Origin: Mobula hypostoma
Lineage: Eukaryota
Assembly (NCBI RefSeq): GCF_963921235.1
Contig: NC_086097.1
Location: 102,426,001 to 102,490,000 of the forward strand
Reading direction: 5' to 3'
DNA length: 64,000 nucleotides
The notes under the pieces are model-generated. The model was given only the letters and a program-made list of their open reading frames with translations, was not told the DNA's origin and did no database searches. How positions within the stretch are numbered: the stretch's first letter is position 1; each line of letters begins with the position of its first letter. A program made the translations under genes and the position numbers. This document shows, piece after piece, positions 37,742 through 50,070 of this stretch.

Positions 37742-38199
37742 CTGAGCAGAAAAACAGGTCTCAGTTAACTCAACCATGAACATTGCGACTATAATACCTT
37801 CAAGTTTTAATATTCTACACTCTCGAAACCCGACTCTAACCTCTACTTCATTCAGAATACAACACAACTCCAGCCACCGCCACAAAACATCCCGACACTC
37901 ACATGTGCGTGTGATTCTAATTTAACACTGAAGGTTTTAGTTGCTGTAGGAAACTATCTCACCCACTGTTCCGGTTCACATGCAAAATACGTCACGCTTA
38001 AGCACAAGAAAAAAAACATATATAAACAAGCCAAATTCCAATTATTAAGATATTAAAAGACTTGTTATGGGGCGGAAAGTAATCGCACATAATTTCAACT
38101 ACATCGCCGGTTAGGACTTTACAGAATTGTTTAAAAGATAGCTCATAAATGAAATACAAAATACAGGGCACGGAGCAGGTGAAGTTTTGATCTGGATCC

Positions 38200-38830
38200 A
38201 GAAAACCAGCGCAGGAGGAAGCGTTATTACTTTACAGTGTTGGGCAGGTTAATTCGCGTTCGCCCCAATGCTGCACAGTCGAGCTGGAGGCCTGTACCGT
38301 CGCCGAAGGGCCTACCTGCAGGAACCAGAAGATGTTGTCCATGCCCCCAGCCGGGTACGGAGGCTGCTCTCCTCGCGAGTGTTGGCCGGTTCCACCGCGC
38401 GGCCGCAGCTGCACCGTGTAGTTTTCCAGCATGTAGCCGGTGAGGCAGGCCAGCAGGAGGCCGGCTGCGATCAGCGCGCTGAACAGGGCGAACATCCCTA
38501 ACGACCGGCTTGGCGTCCTCGCCCAGGTTGAGGAGAGACTGGACCACGCTGCTGACAGCAGCCCCACCCACAGCGGCAAGGCCTGCCCTCCCACCGGGGA
38601 ACCGTCTGTGAAGCACCGCTTGAAGGGGCGGCCTTCCACCTGCGGCAATCCTGTTTCTGCCAAGCTGTTCGCGTCATCTGGAGCAGCCTATAGCGTCCGG
38701 GGCTCGGCAGAAGTGCGCTTTGGGATTAAAGGCGGGTATGGATCCTCCTCTCACCCGCCCAGCCCCTTTCCCTGAAACTAAATATTAGAATTATCTCCTC
38801 ACCCCCACCATTCCTTGGGCCTGCGGCGTA
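38200..38830 (-). promoter_or_regulatory. CpG-island-like promoter/first exon region of TMEM62
   Basis: GC- and CpG-rich stretch in an otherwise CpG-poor window, covering exon 1; GC-box-like GGCGGG/CCCGCC near 38731-38760. TSS not determinable. Confidence 0.7.
38316..38495 (-). CDS. TMEM62: TMEM62 coding exon 1 (N-terminal hydrophobic signal/anchor segment)
   Basis: ATG at 38495; 180 nt = MFALFSALIAAGLLLACLTGYMLENY...GMDNIFWFLQ, then donor CAG|GTAGG. NIFWxLQ matches the TMEM62 N-terminus. Confidence 0.9.
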
Positions 38831-39142
38831 CCAGCTTAAAAATTTCTGAATGCAATGTAGGAATTCTGCGTCCTCAATACGTTTGACACTCCCTGCATCC
38901 CAGCAGCAGAATGTGATTGAAATCTGTAGAACAGAAATTTGCCAGCAAATGTATTTTTCAAGTTTCCTTGGATGTTTGAGGCGTGCAGTCCACATCCAAG
39001 AGTGTGATTGCCGTATTTTTATTCTTTACTCAACTGGTACAGCCCCATTTGATAATCTTCCTAATACATTACCTGTTCCCATAGCTGTGAATGTTCAGAA
39101 CTAATATTGTCACTACTGTCACCATCCTCTCTCTGCCTCAAC

Positions 39143-39619
39143 ACAGACATCCCACCCTGCAAAAACTCATTTCAGGGAGGTCGCACCATCAATTTGCGGG
39201 TAGAGTAGCTCCTTAGCTGCTAGCCGGCTAGTTTAAATAACGTTAGCTATGCTAATAAACGAATGACACCTGTTAAACTCACCTCAACATGTCTTTTACA
39301 ATCTTAACCCACCGTGGGCAATAGAAAAGTCACTGTTGCAAACAGTGCAGGAAGCAACACTGTCATTATTTTGACTCCTATTAGGCAGGGGTACACTTTA
39401 GGGTAGTCTGGGGTGAAGTACGTTTTATATATTTTTTTGGAACACTGCCATGGCGCGCTCTTGCTCTCTCTCTCTCGTGGTCGCTCTTGTGCTCTCTCTT
39501 GCTTTCTCTCACTCGCTGTCAAAAAAATTGATTTCCGTGATATTGTATATAATTTGTGGGCATCAGGGAGCCACGATTAATATGCAGGAGACTCCCGGAA
39601 CTTTCGGGAGAGGTGGGAT
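39143..39619. mobile_element. Non-autonomous DNA transposon remnant with internal (CT)-rich tract
   Basis: Inverted ends ATCCCACC...GGTGGGAT; superfamily not determined. Confidence 0.45.
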
Positions 39620-39669
39620 CAACAACTCATACCAAAGTTTCATCTGCAAATTACATAATCAGAAATTTT

Positions 39670-39802
39670 AAACAGAAGAGATTCTGCTGATGCTGGAAAT
39701 CCAGAGCAACACACAAAACGCTGGAGGAACTCAGCAGTTCAGGCAGCATCTATGGAGAGGAATGAGGAGTTGACATTCCAGGCTGAGACTCTTCATCAGG
39801 AA
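39670..39802 (-). mobile_element. Short Penelope terminus with a degenerate hammerhead
   Basis: gctggaaatccagagcaacacac...ctggaggaactcagcag...cttcatcagga matches the ends of the other Penelope copies. Confidence 0.7.
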
Positions 39803-40214
39803 TTTTAAAATGTGATTCCTACCTTTCAGGTGCATTTCAGTAATGCCGAAAGGAGTCTGAGGTTTTCTAGTCAGCTCTGAACATTATCTCCATAGTCCAT
39901 TAGGTCACAGAGCACCAAGTTAAAATATGGTTAAGGACTATCCTGATCACCACCTCCAAACTGTGCCCAGTTGATGAAAAATACTTGGAAGAAACAATGG
40001 TTGTCTCAGTGGATAAAAATGTACTCTGGATGGGGATCCTACAGTGTTCGTCACAAAGAGTGGCTTGATACTATTGGAAAATGCGAATGCACACATTTTC
40101 TATGTATTACAGTATTTACTCAAATGTGTTACAGTATTTACTCAAATGCACACATTGTATTCTCTACAATATTCTCTATGTAACCACTGTTAGCTCATTA
40201 GAAGGTACTCACTA

Positions 40215-40657
40215 TGTAGCCATGACTTTTGACCTGTTTGCTATTAATTCATGAAGAGAACTAGAATGAAACCAAGTAGAAAGATAACGGTGGCAGGTAA
40301 GATGATGAAATATGCGGTAGTATGTCGATGCAAGATTAATTAAGAAATAACTGTGGTTAGGGATGAGAAGACATATGGTCTAAAATGTAAACTAGGACAT
40401 AATTAAGTTGGGGAATAAAACAATAGTGGAAAGTCGAGAGCGGATATATTGATGATATGTAATCACAGGCCGATTGGATATGATGACGTGGCTAAGAAAG
40501 GAAAATTGCTATAAAAAATGCTGTGTGCAAGCCTCGACAGGCAGTCAGCTACTAGCTTTCTGATTGTCTCAGCTTTGATTTGCAAATTAAAGTTTAAAAC
40601 GCCTTGAAGGGTTTTCTGCGTCTCCTTGTCGTTTGTGAGAAAGGAGAAACCACGACA
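40215..40657 (+). mobile_element. Probable solo LTR (ERV/gypsy-like)
   Basis: ATTGG (40473), TGACGT (40484), TATAAAA (40510), ATTAAA (40586), end ...CCACGACA; 5' boundary and TSD uncertain. Confidence 0.45.
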
Positions 40658-40953
40658 AAATCAGCTGGCTAAATTCTGAAGGACAACGTAGCTAGTGAGT
40701 GAGCCAATATGAGAATGAACATCTAAGGTCAGACTCAGAGATCCAGCAGCTCAGAACTGGGTATCCAAGAGATGCTGTAGACCGTCAGTAGCAACAGCAG
40801 TATACCCCAGCATGTACTCCATAGGCACCTCAGTAGGCCATTTCGCACCTCAGGACCTCCTTGCCATTCAATACGTTTATGGCAGATCCACCCAACCTTT
40901 TCTCTGCTGTGCCAGATCCCCATAGTCCACAATTCTATGATTTTTCATTCATA

Positions 40954-43032
40954 CAGTAGATTCTGGTTAATTGAGACACATCAGAACCAGTACATTTTGG
41001 CCCAATTAAGCGGCTGCCCCAATTAGCGGAAGTTTCATGGTAATATTTAAAAAGGTATGAAAAAGACAAATTAACGTTTAACTGAGTAACAAATTACGAA
41101 TTTAAATAAAATACAGAAATATTAGAACACTAGCAATACTACTACAGTACTACAAAACTGTATGAGTTCCAAAATTTTATCAACAGATAATTCATCCAGT
41201 GCATGCTGCCATGTTCTTTTGATTGAGTGCAGATAAACAAAATCAGCACAGACACCTAGTGAAGATAATCGACCTATTATGTGATCCATTGCTTTCTTTG
41301 AAGCTGATAGTGTTACATGCTTATAGCCAAGGGAACTGTTCAGCTTGGCCCGATAAAAAAAGGCCTGTTTCATTGTTTTTCTAGATAATCATTTGCACAA
41401 CTTTGAAGCAAGATGGAGAGTTTTGTAGATTTCCATGTTGATGCTCTTACAGCATCAATACTATTGTTCTCATCGTGCGCTTTCTTGAATTTAATGTGGA
41501 GCCAACACTTCCATTCAGACAAACAACCATCTTTGCTTTAAAACCTTCATGACCAGCTTCTTAGATAGCTCATCTGACTTGCTTTTTAATGTTGGTCCAT
41601 TGACATGCACACCTCGTCCAGTTACGATGGAAAGCCATTGACTGAGGTCCTCCAACATCTGGATCCTTACCTTCACACTTTTGTTTTTGGGATATTTCCT
41701 GTTGGCAGTGGCAAAATGCCCATTCTTCTCACAGTTTATCTGGCAGTAGATTTCGGTATTCCAGTATTGGAGGGAGGAGAAGATGGCGGCGCAATGCAGC
41801 GCGCACGGCCATTCCGAATGATATCGATATGTGTAACTAGGGGTGCCGTGCACAATCTGGATTTGATGGAGACAGCCGTGAGAAGCGCAGAGGAACTTCT
41901 GGAGTAACTTCTGAAATACCTGCTTCGCTGCCGCTGCTGCTGTGCGATCGAGAATCTCCGGAGATGAAGACCCCAAATCCTCGGCTTTGCGTATCTCCTG
42001 TTGCCGGGGCTGGGATCGAAACGCTCGGCAGAGATGGTGCTCGGTGCTCGGTGTCAAAGAGGTGGTCGGGAGCTCGGAGTTTTCGGATGGACTCGGAGTC
42101 GGACTGTGGTCGGATGCTTCCGGAATGCTGCATCAGCAATTTGGTGGCGCTGGAGGTTTACTGTCTGCATGAGATGATGGGACTTCCGAGAGACTTTGAG
42201 ACTTTTACGGTGCCATGGTCTGTTCTTATCAAATTATGGTATTGCTTTGCACTATTGTAACTATACGTTATAATTATGTGGTTTTTGTTAGTTTTTAGAC
42301 CATAAGACCATAAGACAAAGGAGCAGAAGTAGACCATTCGGCCCATCGAGTCTGCTCCGCCATTTTATCATGAGCTGATCCATTTTATCCTATTTAGTCC
42401 CACTGCCCCGCCTTCTCACCATAACCTTTGATGCCCTGGCTACTCAGATACCTATCAAGTCGGTTTTAAGTCGGTTTGTCATGTGTTTTCGTGATATCAT
42501 TCTGGAAAAGCATTTTATCATTTCTTAATGCATGCATTACTAAATGACAATAAAAGGGGACTGCGTGACCTCATAATCATATCAGTTGATAATGAGGGGT
42601 GTTAGGCAGATGGCTTTCAATTTGGTCCAATAGGAGAATTGTTTCGGCTAGTGTCAAATCTTTGCATGGCATCTTGGCAGGATTTGAAATTTTTTTAAAG
42701 TCAAAATGGAAAACAAAGTTATCAAAATTCTCTGCTTTTTGAATCGGTGTCCATCTGCCCAAATGGATAACATAACACAAGTACATAAAACTGACCCTGT
42801 TTAAAAACTGTTCACTTAAGCACGATATAATATCTAACAGCCGCACAAAGTGTACATGACTGATGCTAGTTAGAAACTGTTTGGCAACAGTATCCTATTC
42901 CAATTAAGTGGCACGGTGTCCCAAATAAACAAAAGAGTTCCCAGCTATTTTCTTAATTAGTTTTCTTTAAAAGTTGTCCCAAATAAACAGGTGCCCCATT
43001 TAACCAATGGCCCAATTAACTGGAATCTACTG
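40954..43032 (-). mobile_element. Tigger/pogo (TIGD4/6-like) DNA transposon, internally deleted and interrupted
   Basis: TA|CAGTAGATTCTGGTTAATTG ... CAATTAACTGGAATCTACTG|TA; CENP-B-type HTH pieces (KDLTLAE, QWLS...VNGPTLKSK, FFYRA). Confidence 0.85.
41768..42580 (+). mobile_element. Non-autonomous LINE-like element (copy 1), containing a CR1 3' end at ~42300-42458
   Basis: Begins GGAGGAGAAGATGGCGGCG, CpG-rich, ends AATAAA...CATAATC; homologous to 46628-48122. Confidence 0.65.
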
Positions 43033-44475
43033 TACCTCCAAATAATCTAGGCCAGTGATTCCCAACCATTTTCAGCCCAACACCTAAAGCACCCTCATAC
43101 TTTCCAACACACCTCTTAGACACCATATAATTTTCAGCACCCCCAAAGTGTAAAAACATGTCCACAATATGCTAACATAAGAAAAATTATTCTGCTGTAA
43201 ATTTTTATTTGTCCTTAAACCTAGCTTACACAGTAACTGTGCACTGTACAGCAGCTTCGATATCAATGTGATCCTTGAGCTTGATGCCAACAGCCCCCTT
43301 TGGTACAATATACTTTCTGGCACCCCCATGGTGTAAAAATATGTCTACCATATGCTAACATGAGAAAATTAAACCTAGCTTACACAGTACCTGTACAGCA
43401 GCTTCGATATAATGTGATCCTTGTGCTTAATGATTTTTAGCAAGAGTTGAAATATCTAGTTCAAGTTGTAACAGCAAAAGCCTTAAGTCCCCACGTGTAA
43501 CAATGTCCAAGCAGTTTCTGTCTTTTGTGAGTATGTGGTTCACTGCATTGAAGCCCCCTTCAACAAGGTAGTAGGATGGAAATGCAATGAAGAGCAGTTT
43601 GGCTCTTTTTCAAAGACCAGGAAACTTTGTATGACCATGTAGCTACATACCACAAAAGCTAACATTTTTGAAAAGCATTTTTGCTCCTTCATTATTCTGA
43701 ATTTTGTTAGTTTTTTCTTGCAAGCTTTCTTCCTGTACTTCTACCTTACAAAGAAATAGGTTAATTACCCAGATCATTCAAACACTTGATTTCATTTTTA
43801 AAATCTTTTTTATTTATTATTAAAGATCAAGCAAAAATACTTTAAGGTAATCAAGTCAATATGTCACTATGTACAATGAAGAATTAAATTAGCAAATAAC
43901 TGATTAACAAAGCTAAGCAATATATCAATAATAATAAGAAAAAATAAAGTGTTAATATTTTTTGAAAGAAAAAAAAGAACCCCGACTAAGAAAAAAAAAC
44001 ACGAATCAATTCTGAAAATGCTTCTTCAGTGATTGCAGGTGTAAGTAGTACTCTTGCAAATCACCATCTGTGAAAGAGAGTGTCATACTTTCCTTGCAGG
44101 GGAAACTGTAAGAACATTCTTCTCCCAATGTTTTGTTTATATATGTATAATTTTCTGCTAAAAGTGGACACTGCACTTTTTGCTTGGATGTAATTGAAAT
44201 TTTCACCATGCAGTTTCATATTTAGAATGTTCATTCTGTCATACAGATCAGCTAGGTATGCCACATCTCCATGTAGAAGTTCAATCTTGTTTCCCAAGCT
44301 CCTGTTGACTTTGAGGAAAAATCCAACCACAGTGTCAAAAAGACCAAAGAAATGTTATAAGCAGCAGCCTTATGACTCTTCAAACTCTTTATTGTCATCT
44401 TGACATAACTGGCAAAATATTCTGCTATTTAATGGATGAGTTTTAATTTTGTTGATAGCAGATATTACAAGGGTC

Positions 44476-46200
44476 ATGCATGACAGTCTGGCCCCAGAGA
44501 AAGCTCCTGGCAATGATGGGATTCCTCCAGACCTGATCAAACACTGCAAGAGCTCACTCCTCCAACCTTTACACGAGGTCCTCCGTCAGTGCTGGAAGGA
44601 AGGAGCCGTACCACAGGATTTGTGCAACTCTAAAATCGTCACTTTGTACAAGAACAACTGTAACAACTACAGGGGGATCTCCCTCCTGAGTATTGTCGGC
44701 AAAGTCTTTGCTCATGTAATTCTGGCACGTCTACAAACTCTGGCAGAACGGGTCTACCCTGAGTCCCAATGTGGTTTTCGCGCAAGGAAGTCAACTGTCA
44801 ACATGATTTCCTCACTCTGTCAACTGCAGGAGAAGTGCAGGGAACAACAGAAACCCCTCTATGTCACTTTCATCGACTTGACCAAGGCATTCGACCTTGT
44901 CAGCAGGGATGGGCTCATTCAGATTCTCCTCAAGATCGGCTGTTCCCCAAAACTCCAAAGTATCATCAAGTCATTCCATGATGACATGAGGGCTACTGTT
45001 CAGTACGATGGCAGCTCATCAGAACCCTTCGCTATTCATAGTGGAATCAAACAAGGATGTGTGTTGGCCCCAACATTATTTGGCATCTTCTTCTCTATGC
45101 TATTGAAGCATGCGTTTGGGACATTGACAGAAGGCATCTACATCTGCACCAGGTCTGATGGGCGGCTGTTCAACCCTGCGTGCCTGAGAGCAAGAACAAA
45201 GGTGCGAAAGATCTGAATACGTGACATGCTCTTTGCCAATGACACTGCTATAACCTCGCACACCAAACAGCAACTACAAACTCTCTTGGACTGCTTCTCG
45301 AAGGTATGCAAGGACTTCAGGCTTACCATCAGCCTAAAGAAAACAAATGTCCTTGCCCAGAATGTAGTGGAGACACCAGCCATTACCATCGACAATTATG
45401 ATCTAGAAGTGGTCCATGAGTTCACATACTTGGGGTTGACCATTAGTGACACTCTCTCCCTCGATGCTGAAATCAATAGGTGTTTCGGCAAAACAGCACC
45501 GATCCTTGCTCGACTCTCCTTGCGGGTCTGGGAGAATCCAAAACTCGCTACAAAGACCAAGACTGCTGTGTACAATGCATGCATTATCAGCACCCTCCTG
45601 TATGGTAGCGAGACTTGAACCACCTACTCCAAGCTGGAGAGGAAACTCAATAGTTTTCACCTGCGCAGCCTTTGCTGCATCCTCGGTATCACCTGGAGAG
45701 ACAAAGTCCCAAACTCTGAGGTCCTCTCCCGCGCTGGACTTCCCACAATGTTCACACTTTTAAGACAACGCAGACTGCGCTGGCAGGGCCATGTCCGTCG
45801 TATGAAGGATGGTAGACTGCCAAAGGACATCCTCTATGGAGAACTAGCAACAGGCAAGAGGAACGTTGGTAGACCCCAGCTTCGCTTCAAGGACCTCTGC
45901 AAGCGCGATATGAAAGCCTTAAAAATCAACACAGAGTGCTGGAAGGATACAGCAGATGACCGCAACAAAATGGCGAGGTACTTTTCAGCAATACCTAGAG
46001 CAAGGTGAAAGAGTGATCCTGAGTCAGTTTGAGGAGTGGAGAGCTAAACGGAGGACACAGCGGACAGTGGACAACAATTCCACGATGCCCTACACATGCA
46101 GCAACTGTGGCAGAGCCTGCTGTTCCAGGATCGGCCTCAATAGCCACAGACGATGCTGCTCGACGAACCAGTGACTACCAGAGTTGCAGTACCCATGGTC
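44476..46200 (+). mobile_element. RTE (BovB-like) LINE, 5'-truncated
   Basis: KAPGNDGIP, NNYRGISLLSIVGKVF, PESQCGFR, FIDLTKAFD, GIKQGCVLAPTLF, LFAND, LLYGSET, RLRW.GHVRRM, terminal C2H2-like CSNC..C.SRIGLNSH. Confidence 0.9.
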
Positions 46201-46627
46201 CAGGACTTGAAAAAAGTTGCCGGTTGTGGTTTTTGGGTGCGAGATATTGACGATGAATTACACAATGGATTGCAAACAGACTTGAAATTTCTTTATTCAT
46301 AAATGCCACTAAACTAGCATGGTGACCTGTCATATATGATGCTCCATCTGTTGCACAAGAAATCATGCTCCTAATCAGAATACTTTTATCCTCAATATAC
46401 ACTTGAGTTCATCGTAGATTGATTCTCCCTTGATATTTTTTTTTAACTTTTTGCAAGTGAGAATCTCTTCATAAACTTTTCCATTTTAGTAAACCATACA
46501 TATGCTATTAGCAATGCCTCATTTTCTTGCACAGTTGACTCATCCAGTTGTATCCAAAATTCTGTTTTTTGTAGCTCTGTGCATAGTTAATACTCAATGT
46601 CTTCACTTAATTCACTTCACTTCACTT

Positions 46628-48122
46628 ACAGGAGGAGGAGAAGATGGCAGCGTGCACGGCCACTCTGGTGAATGATATCTGTAATCTGTCAAGTAGGGTA
46701 CTGTGCACAATCCTGATTTGATGGAGACAGACGTGAGAGTACGGAGGAACATCTGGAGAAACTTCTGAAATGCCCGCTTCGCTGCTGCTGCTACTGTGTG
46801 GTCCGGAATCTCCGGAGGAGAAGGCCCTGAATCCTTGGCTTTGCTTGTTTTGGCGGCCGAGGCGAGGTCGAAGGCGCTCAGCAGAGGATGGCACTCGGGA
46901 GGCTGTATCGGAGGAGCTGGTCGGAGGCTCGAAGTTTTTGGATGGACGGACTCAGTGTCGGCTGTTGTCGGGTGCTTCCAATGCATTGGCAGTTGTCGGC
47001 GCCTGGAGGTTTATGGGAGTTTCTCCCTTTGCCACCTGCTATCAGGGACTCGGGAGTCGATCGGGACTTTGAGACTTTTTTTTACCGTGCCCATGGTCTG
47101 CTCTTCATCAAATTATGGTATTGCTTTGCACTGCTGTAACTGTATGTTATAATTATGTGGTTCTGTCAGTGTTCGTCTTTGGTTTGTCCTGTTTTTCTGT
47201 GATATCACTCTGGAGGAACGTTGTATCATTTCTTAATGCATGCATGCATTTCTAGATGATGTTACGTACCCCGTAACTGGGTTGCCAAACCAGCAGAAAT
47301 GGACCACTTAGTTGGAGTCTGGATTACTGGAACTAAGAAAGTTTTATTAAAGAAATAATTAACACAGTACTCTAATCGTAAGGATATAAATGCAACAGGT
47401 TAGCAATGATAAAACACACATGAACACAGAACTAGGGTAATAGGAATCAAAGAAACTCTATCGCAGTCTAGGGGTAAAATGATCAGTTCCAAGTGACGCA
47501 GAGTTCAGTTCAGCTTAGCATAGTGCGCAGTAATCGCTGTTGTGCCGTTGGAGAGAGAGAGAGGGTGAGATATGCAAATCTGATTCAGACAGACCTTTGT
47601 TCTTCGCTGTTAGCTTTCGGGTGGTCCCTTTTTATGTCTTTTATTCTGCTGTGGTCACCGACTGTGACCCCTCCGTTCCGGATACGACTGCTCTTCCTGT
47701 GGTGAACCTGGCACCCAGGCAAGGACGGACACACACACCAGGTTCCCGCCGATCGTACCTTTTCACCCTGTGCGTCTATTGTCGGTTCCCGCGATCCGAC
47801 CGCCAAACTCATACCAACTTGTGGGGGCACACCGCTTTTCCAGGGTCTTGTTATCTCATGATCTCGTGGTGTCTCTTGCCTTAGCGAGCCTGTTCTTTTT
47901 ATCCCCCTGCTGTCCATCAAACTTCAAACAGTTCAGGTTCAAAGCAATCGGTCTGTCAATACTCGGACTGGTGTCTCTTTCCGTTATCTCTCTCTCCTCT
48001 CTCATTAACATTTTGGGTGTTTCTCCATTGTCTCACTTATCTCTCTCATTAGCATCAATCTTCTGATAACGGTTTTTCGTCACAATGACAATAAACGAGG
48101 ACTGAGTGTTTTCATAATCTAA
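46628..48122 (+). mobile_element. Non-autonomous LINE-like element (copy 2), split by a solo LTR
   Basis: Same 5' GGAGGAGAAGATGGC and body as 41768-42580; 3' tail resumes at 48085 (ATGACAATAAA). Confidence 0.7.
47260..48084 (-). mobile_element. Solo LTR (825 bp, gypsy-like) with 4-bp TSD
   Basis: TGTTACG...CGTCACA inverted termini; ATGA at 47256-47259 and 48085-48088; AATAAA on the minus strand near 47345. Confidence 0.85.
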
Positions 48123-48502
48123 TTAGTCAATTCAAAGAACTGCAGAGTTATCACCCAGAGGAACTGATTTTAAAATACTGGTGTCCATTTTGAGAACCTT
48201 TGTGTACAATTCTGATAACTGCAGGCATTATTAATCTTACACCAATTGTATGAGATTTTTCACACTTTGCTAACATTTTGGAAATGTTGTAAGAAGCAAT
48301 GAGACCATTATCAAGGTCATTTTTAGCTTTCTTGGCAAATTACTTGAGTGTACAATGCTTTACAAGTGCTTCTTTCATTTTCTGGAACTGAGTAATACCA
48401 TGAGTAGCCTTTTCAGGGTGTCTTTTACGGAAATGTTTCTGCAATCTTGATGGTTTCATGACTTCATTAGACAATACAGTATTACAAATAAGACACATGG
48501 GG

Positions 48503-49003
48503 TAACATAGAAACATAGAAAATAGGTGCAGGAGTAGGCCATTCGGCCCTTCTAGCCTACACCGCCATTCAGTATGATCATGGCTGATCATCCAACTCAG
48601 AACCCTGTACCAGCCTTCCCTCCATACCCCCTGATCCCTTTAGCCACAAGGGCCATATCTAACTCCCTCTTAAATATAGCCAATGAACTGGCCTCAACTG
48701 TTTCCTGTGGCAGAGAATTCCACAGATTCACCACTCTCTGTGTGAAGAAGTTTTTCCTAATCTCGGTCCTTAAAGGCTTCCCCTTTATCCTCAAACTGTG
48801 ACCCCTCGTTCTGGACTTCCCCAACATCGGGAACAATCTTCCTGCATCTAGCCTGTCCAATCCCTTTAGGATTTTATACGTTTCAATCAGATCCCCCCTC
48901 AATCTTCTAAATTCCAATGAGTATAAGCCTAGTTCATCCAGTCTTTCATCATATGGAAGTCCTGCCATCCCAGGAATCAATCTGGTGAACCTTCTTTGTA
49001 CTC
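48503..49003 (-). mobile_element. Young CR1 3' end
   Basis: Open ORF 48597-48980; (ATAGAAAC)n tail; closely similar to 57270-57770. Confidence 0.92.
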
Positions 49004-49637
49004 TGTGTCACTGATCTGATGGGAACAGAATAAAACTATACTCCAGGTATGTAACATTGTATTGACACACTTTCTGTAGTTTCTGTTTCTTAGCAGGAGT
49101 AGAATTCAAGTCTTCACCGCCTTCAGACTCAGGGATCACGATGTACATATTTATCCATCATTAATGGGGCTAAATTAAATTTTAAAAAATCACTCAAACT
49201 TGGAATGCCTTTCAGATGTTGATGACGGCAGCGAATTGACACGGTTGGTCAGGTCTCATGCCTCAAGTTAGGGAGCTGCTTACCACCCCCCTCACCCAAG
49301 AATCTTGAACACCCCCCAATGACTTCTATATCCTCTTAACACCCCTTTAGGACACATAACTGCCCCTGCTGGGAATCACTGATTTAGCATCTACATCCCT
49401 CTGGGCAGGGAATTCCAGATTTTCACCATCTCTATAAGTAGAAGCTCCTAGGAGTTTCAGTTTTAAATGACTGCCCCTGAATCTTGTAACGATGACCCTT
49501 CTGAAGCGATGGTTTCTGAACACAATTAAATTTTATTTTCAGTTCAGAGGATGGAAACAGACGTAAACTAATTAAGTATGTTCTTGAGCCTCATTAGAAC
49601 AGTGGAGAAAGGCAGAACTGCTTTATTTGAATCTTCA

Positions 49638-50070
49638 GAAGTTCAAAGTAAGTTTATTATCAGGGTACATATATGTCACCATATACAACCCTGAAATTAA
49701 TTTTTCTGTGGACATACTCAATAAGTCCGTTATAGAGTAATAACCACCATAGAATCAATGACAGACCGCACCAACTTGACTGTTCAACCATTGTACAAAA
49801 GACAAACTGAAAATACAAAATTAAAGAACTAATAATAATAATTAATAAAAAAGCAATAAATATCAAGAACATGAGATGAAGAATCCTTGAAAGTGAGTCC
49901 ATAGGTATGGGAACAATTTAATGATGGGGCAACTGAAGTTGAGTGAAGTTATCCCCTTTCGTTCAAGAGCCTGATGGTTGAGGGCTAATTATTTCTGAAC
50001 CTGGTGGTGTGAGTCCTGAGGCTCCTCTACCTTCTTCCTGAAGGCAGCAGTGAGAGACCATATCCTGGGT
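49638..50070 (-). mobile_element. Rex1/Babar-type LINE 3' end
   Basis: Minus strand LLPSGRR.RSLRTHTTRFRN-type C-terminus and 3' UTR shared with 11268-11622. Confidence 0.7.

Larger units (their letters stand above)
43053..49381 (-). mobile_element. hAT Buster/Charlie-type DNA transposon, decayed, hosting several nested insertions
   Basis: TIRs CAGTGATTCCCA(A/G)C at both ends; degraded 8-bp TSD ATCTAGGC / ATTTAGCA with central TA; transposase pieces CLIC..VLSNEVMKPSRLQKH, CATDGA.YMTG, AIHCVIHRQYL, DVAYLADLY, FPSYYLVE.GF. Confidence 0.85.

Noticed and set aside
38232..38663. 143-aa ORF as the complete TMEM62 first exon
   Set aside because: It starts at TTG and runs through the splice donor at 38315; the supported coding part is 38316-38495.
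40105..40150. Tandem duplication of TTACAGTATTTACTCAAATG
   Set aside because: Simple two-copy slippage duplication with no further structure.
43140..43435. Repeated blocks as a CRISPR-like array
   Set aside because: Two imperfect subterminal duplications inside the hAT element; no regular repeat-spacer pattern, and the context is eukaryotic.
43053..49381. Domesticated ZBED5/SCAND3-like gene
   Set aside because: The transposase is frameshifted, split by several insertions and still flanked by TIRs, so it is a dead transposon.
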